A stretch of 62,973 nt of DNA, the filler included, from Lenisia limosa (Eukaryota; Protista; Breviatea): assembly GCA_001655205.1 (NCBI GenBank). It is 12 parts of 12 records of this genome, joined end to end, with 100 filler letters (N's around TTAATTAATTAA, not from the genome) between each part and the next. Parts side by side here need not be neighbours in the genome. Positions count along the whole stretch, not along the records: positions 13,264 to 17,852 come from LPNZ01007340.1; positions 17,953 to 28,129 come from LPNZ01006556.1; 10 more parts are not named here. The stretch is one strand, 5' to 3'. The notes under the pieces were generated by a model. The model was not told the origin of the DNA. It worked only from the letters and a program-made list of their open reading frames with translations, and did not search any database. Within the stretch, counting starts at the first letter, position 1. The number at the start of each line of letters is the position of its first letter. Shown one piece after another: positions 13,620 to 26,100 of the stretch. Position numbers and translations under genes: made by a program.

Positions 13620-15855
13620 CTGTGAGATGAGGTTTCTTTTCTTCATTGAGAAAAAGTCTGCAAAGCAACGAATCACTAACCTGCAGCAAGAGAATCATGG
13701 GTGTTCCTCATTTCAGTGCGCAAAACATGGACGTCAACATATGGACGTGACATCAAAACATTACCAGAGGAGAGGCTAACCAGATGGTCATTTGAAGACC
13801 TCGTAGCCTATAAAAGTATAAGAGTAGGAATTCACTATTGTCTCGGATATATAATATTCACTCGGAAATTATCGACTTGTCTGTACCCGACAAAAAAATA
13901 AGATTTGACTTGGTGGAGGGCAAAGAGTAACTTACAAGGCTAACACACCTTTGCCAAAGCAACAGATACTTGTGGATGTTCGTGGAGAGCATGGAGTCCT
14001 GTAACTGCCACTACTCTGGTCAAAATGGACAAATTGCCAATATAAACATGGTAATTAGAAGACACAAGGCATACTAAGTTCTTGTTCAGAGTTTAGCAAC
14101 TTCTCAACTTCATTGACGACAGTAACTGTATCCAGGCTTGTTTCGTAGCCCTAAAGAAGAGTCAAATCCACCAAAAATGAATCGCTGCCATAATAACCTT
14201 ACCAAATTATACAAAACCTTTCAATACCTTGCTCAATGTGCTGTATGACATGTGGTTTCGGAACACTACTATTGGAAGAAGAATCTAAACGTGTTAAAAA
14301 GTGTCACAAACAAACATGTTTCCTCTTTTGAACTCCAACAATCCAATGTGGTACCGCCTCATATTTAACCACAAACCTTGTCAGCAGTATCTTGTACAAG
14401 ATAGGCAGGGTCAGGGGTGACAACGAAACGGAGAAGATCAACTACAGCTCCAACCAAACGACCAATCCATAGCCCAGATGGTATACGCTGGTATCAATCA
14501 ATTTGGATTGGTTGTTTATTTAGAACGCCAAACTGTACAAATGCCAAAATGTAGTGAAACCAGCCATAGTGTCAGTACAATACGACGTACACAGGCCCTC
14601 AACAAACCATTGGCTTGGGGTCGTCAGCATGGGGTAGTGGTGGAGGCAACAGGTCATTAGCAACAGCTCCATCAGCGTCTGTACCCTTTCCAAACTCTAC
14701 CGGCCCTGAATCAAATGAGGAACAATAATAAAAACCAAAAATGAATAGTATGAGCGTACAGTTTTTTTTATATTACAGTATTTAATCTGTGCTTACCAGC
14801 TCCGACATCCATGTACGCGAAAGAGTCCGTAACGAAGGTCTAAAGTGTGAAATCGTGAGGAAGAGTGCCATTAACATGATGACAGTACTCTTCGTGACAA
14901 ACCGTGGTATAGTCGTCATTAGAGTTCACAACATAAGCGTATGTGGATCCTGGGAAATAAAATGAAACATTGTTGTAATTGTTTTATCAAAAAAAGTACG
15001 CAGAAAAAGACTAAACAGAAGGCATTGACAGCCCTGCAAACGTATTCCTTTTGGCAAAATCTTCTCCACATGGGGGTTGACAAGAAATAATGAATAGGCC
15101 TGGCAGAATAAAAAAAAAGGGGGGGCCAAGAGGACCTGAATACGCCGCTCCAAAAAGACAAGGAAACAAAACAAGAACCAACATTCGGGTATTTTGTGAA
15201 CTGCCGTCTGTGAAAAGATTTACACGATTTCTCAACTGCAGATGCCGGAATAATATGCGCTGGTGACTCAGGCGTCTTTCCTGACAAATAAGTCCCAACA
15301 AGAACAGAAAATATCAACTGTCAAACAATTTGGCCCATTTACCTTGTGCGGGCTTTAACTGACTTGATAAATCATCCTCAAGAGTTCTCAAATCGGATTC
15401 TGACAGCGGAATGACGTGGTAGCTAAACTGGTATTTTGCAGCCAACGCCACACCAGTGTCTTGATCATGCTGACATGTTAGGTTTAATTGCGCTGTAACA
15501 TGCAAAACTGATTCGAGTAACTTTATTTAGGGAGAGAGCACAAAACCCACAGGAAGATGGGAAGGGAAAGCAGTAACAAGTACTTGTTCAAGTCTCTGGC
15601 TGGAAATAGCTCGGTCTAAAATGTATAATTGCGATCATCAGATGTAAAAAAATTAAGGAACCAAGAGTCCTTGGTTGAATCTCCCTATTACCGTCTACTC
15701 CAAGTGTGAAAATCATAACATCAATAGGAATCATGAATTCCGCCTAATGAAGGTGAGAGGATGCCTGAATCGCTCTCAATACATACCTTTTTCTGCGTGA
15801 AGTGGGCTCTGGCCAAAATATCATCAGCTCTCGTTGTAATTGAAGTAGATAACCC
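13620..15855 (-). CDS. Hypothetical multi-exon protein
   Basis: About ten short minus-strand exons with canonical sites, e.g. HDQDTGVALAAKYQFSYHVIPLSESDLRTLEDDLSSQLKPAQ, RIPSGLWIGRLVGAVVDLLRFVVTPDPAYLVQDTADK and GYETSLDTVTVVNEVEKLLNSEQE. Confidence 0.55.
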
Positions 15856-16668
15856 TATTACTCCAAGCAGAAGGAGTAACAACATCCTCATGTTTTGGGT
15901 GAAACCCCAAACCGAGTGTTTAGAGGGTAAAAGTTGATGTTTCGGAGATATTGTTCTTTCTTATCTTTTATTATTATATCTAATAAACACAACAGGATTC
16001 TAGCGCTTGGTGAAAGAAAAAGAACGGCAGCGTATCTGCCTCCACCCATTTTTTTGATTTTCCTGCTCAGCCCCTCATGGCCCCCTTTCCTACCCCCTCC
16101 AAACCTGTCTAAAGAAGAAGAGAAGAAAGCTGGAAGAAGCTTGGGAAGAAGCAATTCACCCTCCTCCAACACAACACAGTTTTAACAATAGCAAAGTAAT
16201 TATCTTACAGCAAGTGTGGTTTGAAATCATCACTTATCTTACTGTTGTGTGACTTTGCTCCAGCGCTAAGCGATCCACTTTTTTCAGGTTTATTCATCAC
16301 GCCCTTTTTCAAGGCATATTGATAAAATGGCTCCAATTGACTATGACAATTGGACTGCAGTGGCTGATGACTTTCAAACAAAGTATGGGCATCTAATACA
16401 ATATTTGAGCCTAAAATCTTCCAGGGCATTCCATTATCTTGATTTTTTTTTTTTCTTTTAATGACGATGACCCCTCCCAGTACCAACATTCCTCTGACAG
16501 TGGTATGCTTTGCCCATAAGTGGTCGCCGACTGCCACTTTTATGTGTAAGCTGATTTTGTTATATGCCGTACAATGTGTTTTCCAAATGATTTGAGGAAT
16601 TATTTTCTTGTCTTCTTTTACATGTCTGATGAAACAACTTTTGAAATTTCTTTCCTTTTCAATCAAAG

Positions 16669-17561
16669 GGAATATTCAAACCACTTCACCACTCTTAGCA
16701 CGTGTGGTGCAGAATATGAAGACATCACCTGATTTTCGTTTCGCCAAGTTTTTCATCATTGATGCGCAGGAGGAACCAGAAGCTGCTTATCAACATGGGT
16801 TTGTTGGATTATTATTTGCTAAGGTGTGTGTTTGCAGTTTTCGTCTCTTTAACCCCACAAGTGATTTTAATTGGCATTATACCAAAATCCAATATCTTAT
16901 ACGCGTGATCCAGATTCGGTAATTGTAATCATGTTATAAAAAACTTAAACTTTACATTCTTTAAAATAAGTCAAAGTTTGTGTTTCTGTATGAGAAAGCG
17001 GTGCACAGAGTTGTAAAGGCAAATGATTGGGTGAATTAATTTTTCTATAATTCAATATCTCTTATAAGCGTGACGGTGTGGACGGCTTCGGCCAGGTACA
17101 ACCTTGTTTTTTTTTTTTTTTTTTTTTNNNNNNNNNNNNNNNNNNNNNNNNNNNNNNNNNNNNNNNNNNNNNNNNNNNNNNNNNNNNNNNNNGCACATTC
17201 AACTTTCACTACGTAGCGTTCTAACAACTCCATCAATTGTGATTTATTTGCGTGGGTCCCCGTTGACCATCAGACGACCTGAATACAAGGATGATATCAA
17301 AGGTGGGTTGGTTTTGTTAATAAGTTCAATGAAGAGTTGGATGCGGGACACTAATCAGATATTGCCAGTTGCTGTATTATTACTCTTTTTAAGTTGTCGG
17401 ATCAATTCCTCCCGTGAAGTTTGAAGAGCTTCTCCATGTAGCACGGATGGAGGTATGTCAGGCACTGTGTGCCCTCGCTTAGCCTTTTTCTATCTACCGT
17501 CTTTCTTAATATCCAGGTTGATTCAGGTAAAACAATGCCAATTCTCCACCTCGAATGTTAG
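16669..17561 (+). CDS. Thioredoxin-like fold protein (C-terminal exons)
   Basis: The splice CATGG|gt...tag|CGTTCTA joins FAKFFIIDAQEEPEAAYQHG to VLTTPSIVIYLRGSPL, matching the thioredoxin pattern f..vD.de....a..ygv...Pt.....G. Probable stop TAG at 17559-17561. No CxxC seen in the readable exons. Confidence 0.6.
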
Positions 17562-18131
17562 GCAGATTTCAGGTTCCAGTTCTCTTGATTCACAAGTTAT
17601 TCACGTTTTACTTTTCTTATTTTATTTAATTGATGCACCTTATTTGTTTTCTATGATTTAGAACATTGTTTTTGGTATCACAAATTTCCGGATCCAGATA
17701 CCTTCCTAATCCCAGCCCAAACTACAATAACACAGAAGTTGCAAATCGGTAACATGATATGAAGAACATTAAATGTAATCGAAAGTAATCACTTAAATGG
17801 ATTTTTTAAAATTAAAAGTTGTTTTGCAGTTCAAGTGCAGTTGTTGTAATATNNNNNNNNNNNNNNNNNNNNNNNNNNNNNNNNNNNNNNNNNNNNTTAA
17901 TTAATTAANNNNNNNNNNNNNNNNNNNNNNNNNNNNNNNNNNNNNNNNNNNNAAATCATAAATGACACGGTTTCTCATAAATGACACGGTTTCCGTGCAG
18001 CAGCATATACTATAGTATGTCACATCTCAGCGAAAATGGAATCATATGACAGTTATCAAATGCTAATCATGAAATTATGTATATAGTCTTGGACTTTAAT
18101 TTCGACTATTTTAAGTAAGCTAAAACTCTAG

Positions 18132-21100
18132 CATCGCGTTTCTTCGTGGAGGGTTCTGGGAAGAAGACAACCTAACAGTCAAACTGACTTCTCTTCTGAG
18201 ACTCAAGTTACAGGTGCTCAAAAAGGAGGTTCCTCTCGACTGTAGGCCCCGTTTTTTTTTTACCAAAATAACACAGATACTGAACCACTTTGATAGCTTA
18301 CTTAGGGGGTAGACAGTAACTCTTTTAGTGGGTTAGTTAGATATAAGTAGGGATTCCATTCGGGAATAAAAAAAATGAATATAGAGGATTTAATTTGTCT
18401 GATCGTAGTGAATCCCTAGTAGTTATGTCATATACTATTATCTAATACAGCTATATAAATATATAATATGTATATACAGACAGTGGATGACCACACTAAT
18501 AACAGTTGTTCGAAAAAGAGGTCCCCTCCGTACCATATTTTTGTGTTCCAGATGACACATTGCTTTGCTTTACATCTCGACATATTTTGTCACATTTATA
18601 GTGGTGACATTCTTATTTGACTACCTGGGGGCCCTGTTCCCCTATCTTCTCCTTGCTTGGTTTTTCTTCCATTTGGACAAAGCTCCAGAGGAAACAAGCG
18701 ATAAAATCTGGCTTGTGTCCCAAGTAAGTGGGAAGTACCCCTTTTGTTTTTAGTGGGAGGAACCCCTTTCTTCAATTTTGTCCTATTTAGTAGATCATCA
18801 TTTTTTTTTAACTAAAAATATCCATTTGACCATAACCTTGGCACTTCTCAATTTGGCCGTAACTTCCTAGGGTATCTTCTCACTGATATCGATGTCCTGT
18901 GCATTCAGTGACTTGATAGACCTGGCCAAACCCGTCGCCAAGGCGTCTGCCCTTGCATATCGTATCTTGAGCTTTGGTGAGTCAGAAAAATCGCATTTTG
19001 GGCTTTGCTTGCGTTGTTTTTGACTTTGTTTGGGAGGGAGGTGGGTGGACTATCTTGTCAAGAAATATCTACCAATTATTTCATTGTGTCTAAATCACCA
19101 AATTAGACGGTGCATCGAAACTGCCGAAAATGTCCTCTGCTGACTCTTCTCTCTTCCATTGTTATGGTGAGTAAGCTCTTCTCCATTGTTAGTGTAAGTA
19201 AGCTCTTCTCCACCTTTATGGTAGATCTTGTTGACCCTCTCTTTTCCATTGCTCTGTCTGGCTCTTTTCCCAAAATATTTATTTCTGCTCATTTACACTA
19301 AATCCTCGTTAATTTGATGAGCTAATATTGAAATCCCCTTGATATGAACAATTAGGGCTTCACTTCGGTTCGAAAAAAGACTGAATTTCTCGATAAATCC
19401 TCGAAAACTNNNNNNNNNNACTGAACAAGATCGCTGTTGGCTTTGAGCACATGGAGCGGTCCGGCCTGTTCAAGATGGATGCGGAACCTCTTCACATTGA
19501 ATATACCGCAATTAAAGCTGGATTGGTGTGTATGGGGACAAATCGGAAATTGACCAGTAAAATATCGAAATTATCGAAAATCGAAAATTATCTTGAGATT
19601 ATTTAATCTTTTTTGGGGACTATAGGGCAACCCTACCCATAATACCATAATCAATGTTATCGATTTTACGAATCCACAGTTCTAGATAAAACAATCTGAG
19701 TCTAGGACTTTATTTCAGTCATCCAAAGACTGAATTTCTCGATAAATCCTCAAACACTGTCGATGTTTTACCGGCCTTTTTAGGACCTTTTTAGGGCCGG
19801 AATGAAGTCCAGGATACTGTTTAGGGTGATCTTTAAAATATCATGTGATAGATGATATAGGATATGATTTTGACCATCAGGAATTTACGATTTTAGGAAG
19901 TCAAAATTGCTGCCTTCGATATGGCCTATTCAGCCCTTGACAGTTTGATCTTCAAATTTGTGCCGGATATGAACAATGTTGAGTGGCCAAGTAATAGTGG
20001 GGGGGGGGAGAATATAATAAGACTTCACTTCGGTTCGAAAAAAGACTGAATTTCTCGATAAATCCTCGAAAACTGTCGATATTTTACCGGTTTTTTTTTA
20101 ACCGAAGTGAAGCCCTATGAACAATAAAAAAAATATATCGAACTATTGTTTGAATTTACAATATTATTATGAAAGGAATACCTACATTTAAGTTTATGGG
20201 TGTATTTTGATACTGTCAAAAATGGATGTTCGACAAATTCGTTTTCAATAGTTTATTCTCTAAATACCCCTTGTTTGTTTTTTATTTCACCATCCCCCGA
20301 CCACCAGATTTGTGGTACTCAGTTTCATCAGAAGAATCCGCTCCCCCCTTCACCCACTCCCTCAACCATCCACTTACCAAATTAATAGTAGCAGTTTCCA
20401 ACTCAAAATAACAAGTTCAAAAATAAACCTTAAGTCGATTTTTGGCCGCAACTCCGCCTTAAGGCCCAAAAATCCAACTTCGGATGCTGGTCTGGTCCTA
20501 CTTCACATCCCAGGTCAGCCGCTACTTCAGCTTGTTGGTGTGGAGGTTCAATTGATTACCGGCAGAGTTCTTTTCCAAAGTAGGCGATTTGTGTGTAATA
20601 ATGTTGCATGATATAAATTTTAATTACAATTTCTTACAAATTACAATTTCATCACCCATAACTAGGGCTTCACTTTGGTTCAAAAAAAACCCGTTAAAAT
20701 ATCGATTATCGAAAAATTCAGTCTTTTTTCGAACCGAAGTGAAGCCTTATCCATAACCCACTTAGACATGACCTTTTCTCTATTTCCTGGCGAAAATTGC
20801 ATTATTGAGGCACCCTCAGGTATGAATTAGAGCTTTACTTTCATGTAATGTAAAACTTTGACAAATATCGATGCTGAGTGTCACTTGGTAACACTTGGGA
20901 TCTTTATAACGCCTGCAATTTTGGTCAGACTTTACGTATGAGACACAAATTGAAACCCTCAGGAACTGGAAAGACGTCGCTTTTTAGAGCGTTGGCAGGC
21001 ATTTTCCCTACATCTCAAGGTATGTTGTTAAGTCCTGTGGGAACACTATCAACTTTTTTGAAAAGTAATAACTTACACTGACCGTGATAAGTCCTGACAT

Positions 21101-22721
21101 GGTTTTTAAGTTTTATCTGTATTTAATCGTGGTAGGACTTATAGCGGCCACCCACTGTGTATCATAAAGGACTTCACCGTTAGATAGCGATTTAAACATT
21201 CTGAGAGCAAAATTTGGTTGCAGAATGGCTGAATTTGATATTAAATCAGATATAAACTTGCAGCATCTTTCAAGCCAAATAATTTGGGTCCTGTGTCATA
21301 AATTGATTACACATATGGAAGTGAACATATTGTCAGGTGATTTCAGCCACTTCAATTTTGTCAATTAATTTCTTCTCTCAAGAAATTGGGCCTGAGCTAA
21401 AAAATGTCAATTTAAACTGCCATATGACGGATTCACAATTATAAAGTCTTCTTTCACCCCAACAGGTTCAACAATGATTAGAGGAACTGTGAAATTTGTC
21501 CCGCAATCACCCTATATGTTTGACTCTGACATTTACTCCCTCCTGTCATACCCAAGTATTCCTATTATGTAAGCATAATTGCTTTCTCCATTCATACTCG
21601 GGTGTTATGTATAGGTATTATTATCATTTCCATTTGATCCGAATTAACCGCTTTAGACCTGACACGCTCCCGGCCGCATATTGTCAGGTTTTAACATCAA
21701 TGGGGCTCCAGAGATTGGTACCCACATTTCCAAATATAGTAAGTCGGCGTTGTAGTAATAAATAGTTTCCAAATATAGTAGGTTGACGCTGTAGTATTAA
21801 ACTTCATATGTTGGTGTTTACTTTTCAGGAGAAATGGAGTGACAGGCTCTCCCCTGGAGAACAGCAAATGATTGAGGTAAATTAATCTTTTGAGCGTAGA
21901 TATATACATGTACATATGTATATCGATGTATTATATATATGATATAGTATGTTTTTTTTTTCTGATATTACAATCGTTTAATCAACCCATCCAAAGAATG
22001 CCAATTTTCCTCATACCTTGTCCAGGAAACAAAATTTCTTCCCTCATTTTCTAAGATGTCAACTTTGACCAATTCACAACCCTACATTTTATGAGCCACT
22101 CTTATTATCCACCTTCTGCTTCATTTCCCCGGATTTCATAATTCCTGCCATTGTTTCTCAAATTTGCTAACCATATGAGAGATACATACATCACATTCTA
22201 GTTCGTCTAAAATTCAGACCACCTTCGACCAATTTGCTAGCCTCTTTTAATCCAACCACATAGGAAAATTCTGGTCATTATTTTCTTAGATTTGCCGGGC
22301 GCTCCTCCAGCCAGCCTCTTTGATTTTTCTGGATGAGGCAGTTTCCTGCATGGATCCTGAGGCCCAGCATAGGGCTTACACGGCGCTTTCTCACTTGAAG
22401 GTGGGCGTGGTTTTCTCTTTCGGTTCCAAAAGACTGGGAAAATAGCGATATTTATCAAAGATTTATTGGGAATTCTAGTATTTTGTTTCACAAATTTTCC
22501 AACCCTCCCTTATTTACCAGGTGAAGAGCACCCTTTTGAGTATCACGCACTCCAATGATTTCGATATGTACCACCACAAACGATTGTATATTAAAAAGGT
22601 TAGATGTAGTCTCTTCTCTCCGATCTCCAAAGGGAACACTTTATCTCTTAATTCTTAATCCGTCAACTTACTCTCTCAGGACGGTTGTACTTTAACCGAC
22701 ATTCATGGTGCTGTTAACTGA
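18132..22721 (+). CDS. ABC transporter, subfamily D-like half transporter (TMD + NBD), 5' truncated
   Basis: EAA-like IAFLRGGFWEE; TM exon TFLFDYLGALFPYLLLAWFFF; Walker A split by an intron, GENCIIEAPSG|TGKTSLFRALAGIFP; H-loop TLLSITH; stop TGA at 22719-22721. Confidence 0.85.
20663..20749. mobile_element. hAT-type MITE, family A1
   Basis: TIRs TAGGGCTTCACTTTGGTTC / GAACCGAAGTGAAGCCTTA; flanks cccataac / tccataac (7/8 TSD). Confidence 0.85.
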
Positions 22722-23105
22722 GTGAATTCTGAACTCTTATGGTGTTGTATATAAGTTCTCGTGTATATTATGGCTTTTTTCAGTATGGTGTAAGCTGCGA
22801 TGTATTTCTGTTCCAATTTCAAAGTAAACATAAGATCTTTTTCAAGAATCCTAAGCCAAGTTTTGAGGGTTACGGGATTATGATACTAGCAACACTTGGA
22901 TGGACAACCCTTTACATGGGTACTTGGAGTTTGCTCCCATTTCACAACTCATTGAGTTTAAATTTCCTGATTTACATCGTTCATTACCATGGATTTCCTT
23001 AAATGGGGGATGGGGTATTTGTGTGTGTTTGCATTGTTAATTACAACTTGCAATGAACAGTATAAATATTAAAATACAATAAAAAATACAAGAAAAATTA
23101 CCTTG

Positions 23106-26100
23106 GATAGCATGTGAAACCTTAGTACCCAGAAACAAACGGTACTAATAACATCCCGTTCGATTGCCTAGTGTTTCGGAATGACAATGTCATGTCTCTG
23201 AACAGTGAAATGATAATATTACGTTTGGGTCATTTTCACACGTGTGAACTATTACTGTCCACGCAGTGATTATACCTCATATCCACTCGTATGATAATTG
23301 ACCGACAAGTCTCAATGATACTCTGATACACNNNNNNNNNNNNNNNNNNNNNNNNNNNNNNNNNNNNNNNNNNNNNNNNNNNNNNNNNNNNNNNNNNNNN
23401 NNNNNNNNNNNNTTGAACCGCGTCCCGGGCTTTCTGGGTGGGGGGAGAGAATAAAATTGGAAAATTAAATAATAAAAAAAAAGCCTAAAATAACTCTGCT
23501 GGTTGGGGGGGGGGGAGTAAAACTGGAACATTCATGAAACAAAAAATGAAACAAAAAATGAGCCAAAAATCAACTCTGTTGGTTTGCAACACACGAGGGT
23601 TAACAAACTTGCAATTGGGGACCTATTTCAAATCGTAGTATGCGATCATTTTCTCTTCTTATGATATTTATGAAGGTATCATCAAGAAATTCAGTCAATT
23701 GTTTAAGAAATCCGTGTAATTAATATGATAAAAATATTATTGAAGAATTGTACAAAAATACAGAAATGAAAATGTCTGGAAAGGGGTTTTAGCCACAATA
23801 TGTTCCTCTTCAAATTCTGTAATGCATTTTTCAATTAATTGCAGGGTGTCCTACAATTCGTGGATCTTTCCCCCAGCCAACCAGCAGGGAAGTTTTGAGA
23901 ACGTTTCGTTCGTTGTATAGTCGTGTGATCTGGCTCTTTAGCTCGCCAACAACTTCTTCCCAATCCTCCTACATGCATAAATGAGGAGAGGGGGAGTAAA
24001 ATTGGAAAATGTATGACACCAAAAGAGGAGAGGGGTAATCAGAAGGGACAAAAGAGAAAACAAGATCCCCCCCTCCCCCGCAGGAATTGAAGAGTCTTCA
24101 GACATATCATATAATCCTCCAACCAACATACACACATCATAGTCCCCACTCACCCCCGCATCGTATAACCCCTAGGGCTTCCCTACGGTCCCAAAGAGAT
24201 CGTTATTTGTCAAGGATTTATCGAGGATTTATCGAGAGATTCAGTCTTATTTGGACCGTAGGGAAGTCTTCATAACTTCCATCCACTATATACCCCTCCC
24301 CCGCACAGCCCCCGCACAGGCGAGGGCATGGCCTCTGCTGCCGCTTTCGCTCTCAAATGCTCCATCTGGGGGGGGGGGGGNNNNNNNNNNNNNNNNNNNN
24401 NNNNNNNNNNNNNNNNNNNNNNNNNNNNNNNNNNNNNNNNNNNNAATTGCTGGTCCCACTACCACCATTATACACTCGTTTCCATCCTATCATACCTCCA
24501 TTTCAAGAATCTTTGTTTTGAGGGACACGATTTCCTGATTTAGTACTTCCTCTCGTGAAGAATCCTAAATTTTCATTACTATGGGTATTGTCATTACTTT
24601 GAATTGAGGAATCCCATTGCCATTATTTTGAATACTTTTTCTAGACTCCAAAATTGCCTCGGGGGTGGGGGCGGGCGTAACAATTGGGTGTAACAATTTG
24701 AAAATTTGAACAGCTGGGAGTAGCGGGCTCTTGTTTCTTAAACTGTCTATTTTTGCTTCATAAAATGCCTATTTCTCCCCCCTTCGCACCGGCCCGGGTT
24801 TTGATTGAACGGACTCGACTTTGAGGCGCTCAATTTCGACGTGAAGCAGCTGGACTTCTGAAGAGGTGTCAGCGGGGGGGATTGGAAATTGTTTGAAACA
24901 AAAAGCCGATTTACTATGCTTGGGCTTCCTCCGGTCACAAAAAAGACAGAATTTCTCGATAAATCCTTGATGAATATCGGTCTTTTTCGGACCGTTGGGT
25001 TCTTGATACACTTCAACAAAAATCTATATTCTTTCGGTCTTTAAAGGAGTTAAGTCCGCCCCACTCATACCTCCAGCAAGTCTGAGATTATCGCACATTA
25101 CCGCATCTAAATCAGCCTCCTCTGATTCACCAGGTATTTCTAATGAATAAGATGGCTTTTCAGGGATAAAGAGATGCTCCAATAAGGAAGTTGGTAAAAG
25201 TACTACCAAATAAGGAAAAAACTCAAAAACTGAAGAATAAAGTAAGACCTAATGACAATAGTTATTTCAAAAGTAAAGTCAATGACAAATCATACGAAAT
25301 CAAAGATCACTTCGTGCAAAATATTCAATTTGAAAACGATCTGTGATTAATTGTAAATACACCCTCTTGTTTCTGGTATCCCCATGTATTTATTTGTTTC
25401 CCTAGATTTCTAATGTGTATATTATTTCTCTTGTTCCTCCATTCCATTCCCCATAACTTAAGAGCATTACGCCCATAACTTAAGAGCATTACGCCCATAA
25501 CTTAAGAGCNNNNNNNNNNNNNNNNNNNNNNNNNNNNNNNNNNNNNNNNNNNNNNNNNNNNNNNNNNNNNNNNNNNNNNNNNNNNNNNNNNNNNNNNNNN
25601 NNNNNNNNNNNNNNNNNNNNNNNNNNNNNNNNNNNNNNNNNNNNNNNNNNNNNNNNNNNNNNNNNNNNNNNNNNNNNNNNNNATTACGCCCCCACCCCAC
25701 TGGTTGGCGACGGTGGAAGGTTTGTGATGTTCTCTTCAACAACGGTCGTAGGAGCCTTCCGTTTTTTGGCCTCAGGGGACAGGGGGGTCTATCGATTAGG
25801 TCAATTAAAGGATTACATGATATGATATGATATACTAAATGTTATATCTAGATATATATACATGTACATACATATATCGATATATAGCTAGTATATATTA
25901 TATCTACAGTGACCGCGAAAAGTCCTGAAGCGATTAACTAAATACAATGTTTAATATCCGTGCCAGGATTTATTGCGGTCACTGTATATAATTAGTCCCT
26001 CTGGGCCCCAAAAAAATTAAATTAAATTTTCGATATATCTTCGACATAACTTATCGAGATTTTCCTGGTCCAAAGGGAAGCCTTCAAATACCAAGTAAAT

